From Candidatus Eiseniibacteriota bacterium (GTDB taxonomy: Bacteria > Eisenbacteria > RBG-16-71-46 > CAZAMP01): a stretch of DNA of 12,908 nt. Positions 8,492 through 12,908 of the stretch are shown here, piece after piece. The number at the start of each line of letters is the position of its first letter. Within the stretch, counting starts at the first letter, position 1. The DNA is taken from contig CBDCYW010000005.1 in the NCBI GenBank assembly GCA_965224245.1, positions 1 to 12,908 on the forward strand, given 5' to 3'. The notes below the pieces were generated by a model that searched no databases, was not told the origin of the DNA, and worked only from the letters and a program-made list of their open reading frames with translations. Made by a program: the position numbers and the translations under genes.

Positions 8492-8775
8492 CACGCCCCC
8501 TCGGCTTCGACGTTCGCGTCCACTGCAAACCCGTTCTCACCGAGCCCTCGCGTCAGGAGTCCGGTCAGAACTCGTGCGATCGTCGTACCCACCGCCGACG
8601 ACCCGTCGACGTCACACGTCCGGCGTCGCTTGTCGAGGCTGTATGCGGCTTGTAGCTTGACCTCGGCCTGTCCGTGGATGCCCTCGGCCGCCAGTTTCGC
8701 GAGCAGCAGGGTATCCTCGACGTCATCGAGATCGACCCAGTCGGCGAACGTGTATCGATGCAGACTCTCTGTCAT
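8491..8775 (-). CDS. Hypothetical protein (94 aa)
   Basis: GGAGG RBS before ATG 8775; globular-looking sequence MTESLHRYTFADWVDLDDVEDTLLLAKLAAEGIHGQAEVKLQAAY..; its stop overlaps the next ATG (TGATG). Confidence 0.8.
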   Translation of the reverse strand: MTESLHRYTFADWVDLDDVEDTLLLAKLAAEGIHGQAEVKLQAAYSLDKRRRTCDVDGSSAVGTTIARVLTGLLTRGLGENGFAVDANVEAEGA

Positions 8776-8824
8776 GTGGCCTCCGGTGAGCGAACGCCAC
8801 ACCGACGATCAGCGTGGCGTCGCT

Positions 8825-8843
8825 CTACTATTTACTTACCGGA
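8825..8843 (-). promoter_or_regulatory. TCCGGTAAGTAnAnnGTAG motif, copy A (putative promoter of the replication/packaging genes)
   Basis: Matches the copy at 11397-11415 at 16 of 19 positions; lies about 50 bp upstream of ATG 8775 and overlaps the sigma gene stop. Confidence 0.5.
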
Positions 8844-9419
8844 GGCATCGTCGTTCTGTAGGTTCAGATACTCGAAAAGATCGAGTTTCTCTAACTCGCG
8901 ACGAACGAGTTCACGACGCCAATACACAGCGCTTCTCGACATGCCCAAGCGGGCCGCTGTTTCGGTTGGCGTGTAATGGCACAGCGTCTCGCTCAGCGGC
9001 TTCAGCGCGCCGGGGAGTCGTTCGAGCGCCCGACGCACATCCAGGTCGCGGTCAGCTCGTCCCACGTCCGGAGCGTCCAGAAGCCCGGCGTCGAGGAGCG
9101 ACTCCTCGCGTGTTGGGCCGTCATCACCGTTTGGGTGGTCGTCCAACGACACCGTGCGTCCGTTGCGGATGCCGGCATGGGTCGATTCGAGCAGTGAATG
9201 GGCACGATTGCGGACCACCCGGTTCGCGAATGTCCGGAAAGAGGCACGTTCGGGCTCGTACTTGGCCATCCGGCGGTACAGATCGAGGAACAACTCCTGC
9301 TCGACGTCTGGCACATCGGACGAGCCCAGGTGGGCAGTTCGACAGCACATCCGCGCGCAGTGACGAACGAGTCGGACGACGTATGGATCAATCCCGGGGT
9401 ACTGGTTTCGTGTGGACAT
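8832..9419 (-). CDS. Sigma-70 family (ECF-like) RNA polymerase sigma factor
   Basis: Region-2-like DVEQELFLDLYRRMAKYEPERASFRTFANRVVRN and region-4-like DVRRALERLP..TPTETAARLGMSRSAVY; GGAGG RBS. Confidence 0.88.
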   Translation of the reverse strand: MSTRNQYPGIDPYVVRLVRHCARMCCRTAHLGSSDVPDVEQELFLDLYRRMAKYEPERASFRTFANRVVRNRAHSLLESTHAGIRNGRTVSLDDHPNGDDGPTREESLLDAGLLDAPDVGRADRDLDVRRALERLPGALKPLSETLCHYTPTETAARLGMSRSAVYWRRELVRRELEKLDLFEYLNLQNDDASGK

Positions 9420-9423
9420 CGGG

Positions 9424-9439
9424 TCCTCCGGTCGGAGGA
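9424..9439 (-). promoter_or_regulatory. Hairpin covering the sigma gene RBS
   Basis: Minus strand reads TCCTCC-GACC-GGAGGA-CCCG-ATG: a perfect 6-bp stem whose 3' arm is the Shine-Dalgarno sequence. Confidence 0.5.
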
Positions 9440-9467
9440 GCCGTCGTGGATGTCCGCATCACGGTGG

Positions 9468-9529
9468 AAAGAGGAAAGCGGAGGCGTTGTGACATCGCCG
9501 TGATGGCGACACCCACAACGACCTCCGCT
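9468..9529 (-). terminator. Long stem-loop followed by a pyrimidine tract (terminator/attenuator-like) in the sigma gene leader
   Basis: mRNA sense AGCGGAGG-U-CGUUGUG-GG-UGUCGCC-AUCAC-GGCGAUG-U-CACAACG-CCUCCGCU-UUCCUCUUU; about 22 paired bases, with G-U pairs possible only on the minus-strand RNA. Confidence 0.55.
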
Positions 9530-9580
9530 CTGGCGGTCAGTCGGTTGTCTGGTGGCTGTTCGGGATCTGCGCTTTCTGCC

Positions 9581-9895
9581 CTACTCCTCGAGCACGAGCC
9601 GGAACGGGAGGCCGTCCTTCACTTCAATGGCGGTGACGACTCCGTCGCGGAGATCGATCAACCTCTTGGCAAGTTCGGCGGATTGACGCTTCAACACGTA
9701 GTCCGACGAGGTGATCGACTTCCGTGGCTGCTCGGGGAACTTGATCTCTCGGACGACCCTCGGGGGCGGGTCCAGACAGACCTCACCGTCGACCAAGCGA
9801 ACGTCTCGGATCTGACCAAACCCGACAGATTGGACGAGCGCGAGGAGACGCTGCATTGAGAGGGGGAGATCCGACAGGTTCTCCGGAAGGTACAT
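9581..9895 (-). CDS. Hypothetical protein (104 aa), first gene downstream of the 11-bp repeats
   Basis: GGAGG RBS favours ATG 9895 over GTG 9910. The protein appears internally duplicated (..QRLLALVQSVGFGQIRDVRLVDGEV.. / ..AELAKRLIDLRDGVVTAIEVKDGLP..). Confidence 0.8.
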   Translation of the reverse strand: MYLPENLSDLPLSMQRLLALVQSVGFGQIRDVRLVDGEVCLDPPPRVVREIKFPEQPRKSITSSDYVLKRQSAELAKRLIDLRDGVVTAIEVKDGLPFRLVLEE

Positions 9896-10000
9896 CGCTG
9901 CTTCCTCCACCGTGGTGAGGACCAGGGGGACATCCCCGGCGTGACCGCGCGGTTTGCGATCGCACCGTTTTGGCCTCCGGCGGGGACGCTAGCGGCCGCC

Positions 10001-10044
10001 CGTGGACGTAGCGTGGACGTAGCGTGGACGTACCGTGGACACGG
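10001..10044. repeat. Four tandem 11-bp direct repeats (core CGTGGAC / GTCCACG); putative activator-binding site
   Basis: CGTGGACGTAG, CGTGGACGTAG, CGTGGACGTAC, CGTGGACACGG starting at 10001, 10012, 10023 and 10034; intergenic. A TAGCGT -10-like hexamer lies at 9991-9986 on the minus strand. Confidence 0.85.
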
Positions 10045-10061
10045 CAGGTTTTTCGAGGGTA

Positions 10062-11303
10062 CTAGTCGATGGCGAGGCGAATGGTCCCCTTGGTCGCCCC
10101 GGGGTGTACAAGGACCTTCCATATCCCGGATCGACGGAAGAGGTCTCGTCCGCTCTTGGCCCTGGACCCTATTGCCTTGCGGACATCACTCAATGGAACG
10201 TCGACGGCTCGTCGAGGACTCCGGCTGACAAGGAACTCCATCGTACGCCCTTCGGTCACCGTCAACGCGTACGGTTCTCCCCGAACCGTTAGACTTCGAA
10301 AGCCAGGCTGGAAGACGACGTCATCCAGCCAGGCGAGCTTCACCTCTTCTCGGCCCGGCAGTAAAGACTCCAAATGAAGCATCGCATCGATGGAGTCACG
10401 CGTCTCAGCAAGAAGAACCGTGATACGCCGAGTGAGATCCTCGTTCGTTCGCGCCTTCTCAAATGCACGGGTAAGGTCGGGACCCCCCAGAAACCTGATG
10501 AGAGCTCGAACGAATATCGAGATGCGCGCCGGTGCGCTCAGCCAGTCTTCCTTGATCGGGAACCGAATGAGGTCGTTACAACTGGGGTAGACGGTGAACG
10601 CCAGCATCGGCAGTTCACTCAGATCAATGCCAAGGGCCTTTCGAAGGTCGAACATGCCACGGGTGAGAATCCACTCCTCGGTCTTGCCCTCTTGGATGTG
10701 TTGGAGGAACCGTTGCAGATCGCTCTGGTCGCGCGACTGAAGACTCTCGTCGCACAGATCGTTGCCGAAGACGACGCCATCGTTCTGGGGTCGACCGATG
10801 TAGGTCAGAACGGTAGACCCGCCAGACGCGTCGTCCAGCTCGTGCAAATAGCCACGCATCACGCGGTTCAGTCCTTGCGACGCCTCGTCGAAGAGTGGAA
10901 AGCCGTATAGGTACGGCGCGCTTTGCAGGGGCATCACGCCGTGTTCGCGTGTCACCTCGATGTTGCTTCTAACGACCACGTCGTGTTCGCTCGTCACCTC
11001 CAGGGCCGAGGAGGCGAACGGCGTAACGCGGACTCCCTTTGTACTTCCAATCGAACCCGTGCGTTCTGGGCCGGCCGGGCTCGCGTCGGTCGACGACGAG
11101 CTGTGATCCGCTCCCGTGCCGGAGAGCGGTGTCTCGTCTGCAGCCGGGCCGTGCCACGGCTTGGAGCGGTAGTCTGGTACACCTCCACCGAAGCGGGCGT
11201 CGCCACCACGGCGGTCGGAACTGCCCTCTCTTCCACTCGGACCCCAGACCGCCTTGTCACGCCACCCGCCACCGCCGTCCTTTCGAGAGTATCCACCACT
11301 CAT
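10062..11303 (-). CDS. 413-aa protein with a C-terminal winged-helix (OmpR/Trans_reg_C-like) DNA-binding domain; probable element regulator
   Basis: Intact ORF with a GAGGTG RBS. C-terminus FQPGFRSLTVRGEPYALTVTEGRTMEFL..VPLSDVRKAIGS..RDLFRRSGIWKVLVHPGATKGTIRL has the beta-strands/helices/wing layout of a wHTH. N-terminal ~85 aa are G/S/R/D-rich low complexity. Confidence 0.7.
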   Translation of the reverse strand: MSGGYSRKDGGGGWRDKAVWGPSGREGSSDRRGGDARFGGGVPDYRSKPWHGPAADETPLSGTGADHSSSSTDASPAGPERTGSIGSTKGVRVTPFASSALEVTSEHDVVVRSNIEVTREHGVMPLQSAPYLYGFPLFDEASQGLNRVMRGYLHELDDASGGSTVLTYIGRPQNDGVVFGNDLCDESLQSRDQSDLQRFLQHIQEGKTEEWILTRGMFDLRKALGIDLSELPMLAFTVYPSCNDLIRFPIKEDWLSAPARISIFVRALIRFLGGPDLTRAFEKARTNEDLTRRITVLLAETRDSIDAMLHLESLLPGREEVKLAWLDDVVFQPGFRSLTVRGEPYALTVTEGRTMEFLVSRSPRRAVDVPLSDVRKAIGSRAKSGRDLFRRSGIWKVLVHPGATKGTIRLAID

Positions 11304-11396
11304 GGCTCACCTCGCGCTGTTGGGGGTTGCTTCCGCTCACGGTACGAACCTAGACCAACCCCAGCAAGCGAATAGAGCGGACGTTTCCACTTCGGG

Positions 11397-11415
11397 TCCG
11401 GTAAGTACAAGGTAG
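11397..11415 (+). promoter_or_regulatory. TCCGGTAAGTAnAnnGTAG motif, copy B (putative promoter of the DUF2924-recombinase unit)
   Basis: TCCGGTAAGTACAAGGTAG lies 6 bp upstream of the TAAGGAG RBS of the 55-aa ORF; 16/19 match to the reverse complement of 8825-8843. Confidence 0.5.
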
Positions 11416-11437
11416 GACCAATAAGGAGAGACACCCG

Positions 11438-11605
11438 ATGGATCATCCGGCGTCAGATCACGTCGCGCGGCTTCTGGCGCCGTACCTTGCCCGTGCCTAC
11501 CTCCGCCGGATCTCCGACGAGCCCCCCGACGAACGACTTGATGTCCCCCCCGCCGCGAGCGTCCATGTCCCCACGGTTGACACCCCGAGAGAGGAAGACG
11601 CGTGA
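11438..11605 (+). CDS. Small hypothetical protein (55 aa), absent from the ORF track
   Basis: Strong TAAGGAGAG RBS; MDHPASDHVARLLAPYLARAYLRRISDEPPDERLDVPPAASVHVPTVDTPREEDA*; its TGA overlaps the GTG of DUF2924 (GTGA). Confidence 0.7.
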   Translation: MDHPASDHVARLLAPYLARAYLRRISDEPPDERLDVPPAASVHVPTVDTPREEDA

Positions 11606-12099
11606 GTAGCTTGGATCTCAACCAGGAGCTGGAGACGCTCCGGGGCATGACGGTCGCCGAGCTCCAGCGGCGCTACCGGGAGGTGTGGGGCGAGGACACG
11701 CGGACGCACTCAAAGCCCCACCTCGTGAAACGCATCGTCTGGAAGCTCCAGGCCGACGCCGAGGGGTTCAGCGGTCACCCTGAGGCCGTGATGGCCCGGG
11801 CCCGAGAGCTGGCCGACTTCGCCTTCCTGCGCACGCGACCGCCATCTGACGCCGAGGCTGGCGCTGACACATCGCCACGCGTCCGCAAGCGTCTGCAATC
11901 ACGTGATCTCAACCTCCCGCCCGCAGGCACCGTCTTGCGCCGCGAGTACCGTGGCCGCGTCATGGAGTGCCGCGTCCTCGAACACGGCGGCTTCGAGTTC
12001 GATGGCGAGGTGTACCGATCGCTCAGCGGGGCGGCGAGGGCGGCCACGGGCGTGAACTGGAATGGCAAGGTGTTCTGGCTCAAGGCAGCGAGGGACTGA
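11602..12099 (+). CDS. DUF2924 domain-containing protein
   Basis: LETLRGMTVAELQRRYREVWG..LVKRIVWKLQADAEG..PPAGTVLRREYRG..VLEHGGFEFDGEVYRSLSGAARAATGVNWNGKVFW matches the DUF2924 pattern; located just upstream of a serine recombinase. Confidence 0.9.
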   Translation: MSSLDLNQELETLRGMTVAELQRRYREVWGEDTRTHSKPHLVKRIVWKLQADAEGFSGHPEAVMARARELADFAFLRTRPPSDAEAGADTSPRVRKRLQSRDLNLPPAGTVLRREYRGRVMECRVLEHGGFEFDGEVYRSLSGAARAATGVNWNGKVFWLKAARD

Positions 12100-12101
12100 C
12101 G

Positions 12102-12908
12102 ATGGCCGTCCTGTCGACGACATCGCGCAACGGCAAGCGCCACGAGGCCGTGGTCATCAGGTGTGCCGTGTACTGCCGCGTCTCGGTCGACGACGGCCCC
12201 GACCAGGCTCTGAGCTCGACGGAAGCCCAGCACGAGGCCATCCTGGCCTACGTCGCGAGCCAGCGACATGCCGGCTGGACCGCCCTCCCCGACGTCTACG
12301 AGGACCGAGGCTTCAGCGGCGGCGACACACGCCGGCCCGCGTTCCAGCGGCTGCTGCGAGACGTCGAGGCCGGCGAGGTCGACCGCATCGTGGTGCACCG
12401 CATCGACCGGCTGAGCCGAAGCCTCGCCGACTTCGTCCGGATCATGGAGACGCTGGACCGCCACGGCGTCGGGCTCGTCAGCGTGACCCAGCAGCTCGAC
12501 ACGTCGAGTTCGATGGGCAAGCTGACGATGAACCTGCTTTTTTCGTTCGCGGAGTTCGAAAGGTCGATGATCTGCGAGCGGACGCGGGACAAGATGCGGG
12601 CGGCGCGTCGTCGGGGTCAGTGGACGGGCGGCGTCCCGGTGTTGGGCTACGACATCGCCGAGGGTGGCGGCGGTCTCGTCGTCAACGAGGCCGAGGCCGA
12701 GCGGGTCCGCGCCATCTTCTCGACCTACCTGGAGACCCGATCGTTGTCGGCCACCATCGCCGAGATCCGCCGCCGGGGCTGGACCACGAAACGCTGGGTG
12801 TCGGCCTCGGGTAAGGCACATGGTGGCGGCGAGTTCGGGAAGTCGACGCTCCAGAAGCTCCTGACGAACCCGCTCTACGTGGGACGCATCCGGGCCGGTG
12901 ACGAGGTC
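12102..12908 (+). CDS. Large serine recombinase (resolvase + recombinase domains), truncated by the window end; absent from the ORF track
   Basis: From ATG 12102: ..IRCAVYCRVS (catalytic Ser) ..AQHEAI..YEDRGFSGGDTRRPAFQRLL..IVVHRIDRLSRS..MGKLTMNLLFSFAEFERSMICERTRDKM..GGVPVLGY..LVVNEAEAERVRAIF..LLTNPLYVG; open for 269 codons to the edge. Confidence 0.95.
   Translation, partial: MAVLSTTSRNGKRHEAVVIRCAVYCRVSVDDGPDQALSSTEAQHEAILAYVASQRHAGWTALPDVYEDRGFSGGDTRRPAFQRLLRDVEAGEVDRIVVHRIDRLSRSLADFVRIMETLDRHGVGLVSVTQQLDTSSSMGKLTMNLLFSFAEFERSMICERTRDKMRAARRRGQWTGGVPVLGYDIAEGGGGLVVNEAEAERVRAIFSTYLETRSLSATIAEIRRRGWTTKRWVSASGKAHGGGEFGKSTLQKLLTNPLYVGRIRAGDEV

Larger units (their letters stand above)
295..12908. 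mobile_element. Phage-like integrative element / prophage remnant (large serine recombinase + DUF2924, sigma factor, replication module, methyltransferase, ParB, terminase); true ends not visible
   Basis: Co-oriented genes, several with overlapping stop/start codons (ATGA, GTGA, TGATG), belonging to phage replication, recombination and packaging families, next to a divergent serine recombinase unit. No host housekeeping gene is recognisable in the window. Confidence 0.85.

Noticed and set aside
7658-8494. 278-aa ORF as the true ATPase boundaries
   Set aside because: Its first ~68 aa are mostly the off-frame reading of the degenerate duplicate plus spacer, and its tail is off-frame after about 7842; the real gene is 8290 to 7560.
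8630-9859. 409-aa plus-strand ORF
   Set aside because: Antisense to three well-supported minus-strand genes; Arg/Gly/Ser-rich with no domain.
11775-12821. 348-aa minus-strand ORF and the 12062-12814 plus-strand ORF
   Set aside because: Shadow or wrong-frame readings; the real gene is the recombinase frame starting at 12102.

Overview
High-GC window holding most of a phage-like integrative element (a prophage remnant or satellite-like island). A long minus-strand operon runs: winged-helix regulator (10062-11303) > small conserved protein > ECF/sigma-70-like factor > small protein > degenerate 5' copy plus full AAA_24 (Sak4-like) ATPase > DUF669 (SSB-like) > ERCC4 nuclease > Prim-Pol/Zn-finger/P4(D5)-type primase-helicase > candidate origin (iterons and a ~104-bp palindrome) > DNA adenine methyltransferase > ParB-like protein > probable small terminase > GpA-type large terminase. 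A divergent plus-strand unit (55-aa ORF > DUF2924 > large serine recombinase) runs off the right edge. No portal, capsid or tail gene is visible in the window. Many genes, especially between about 1.3 and 4.2 kb, are broken by single-base indels that look like sequencing errors, so their boundaries are manual reconstructions. The most interesting signals are non-coding: four 11-bp-period repeats placed like an activator site, a long leader hairpin and an RBS-occluding hairpin before the sigma gene, a shared 19-bp motif ahead of both downstream gene blocks, and the iteron/palindrome origin. Together they suggest a regulator > sigma > replication/packaging plus recombination cascade (inference). 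All family assignments come from motif recognition; no searches were run.
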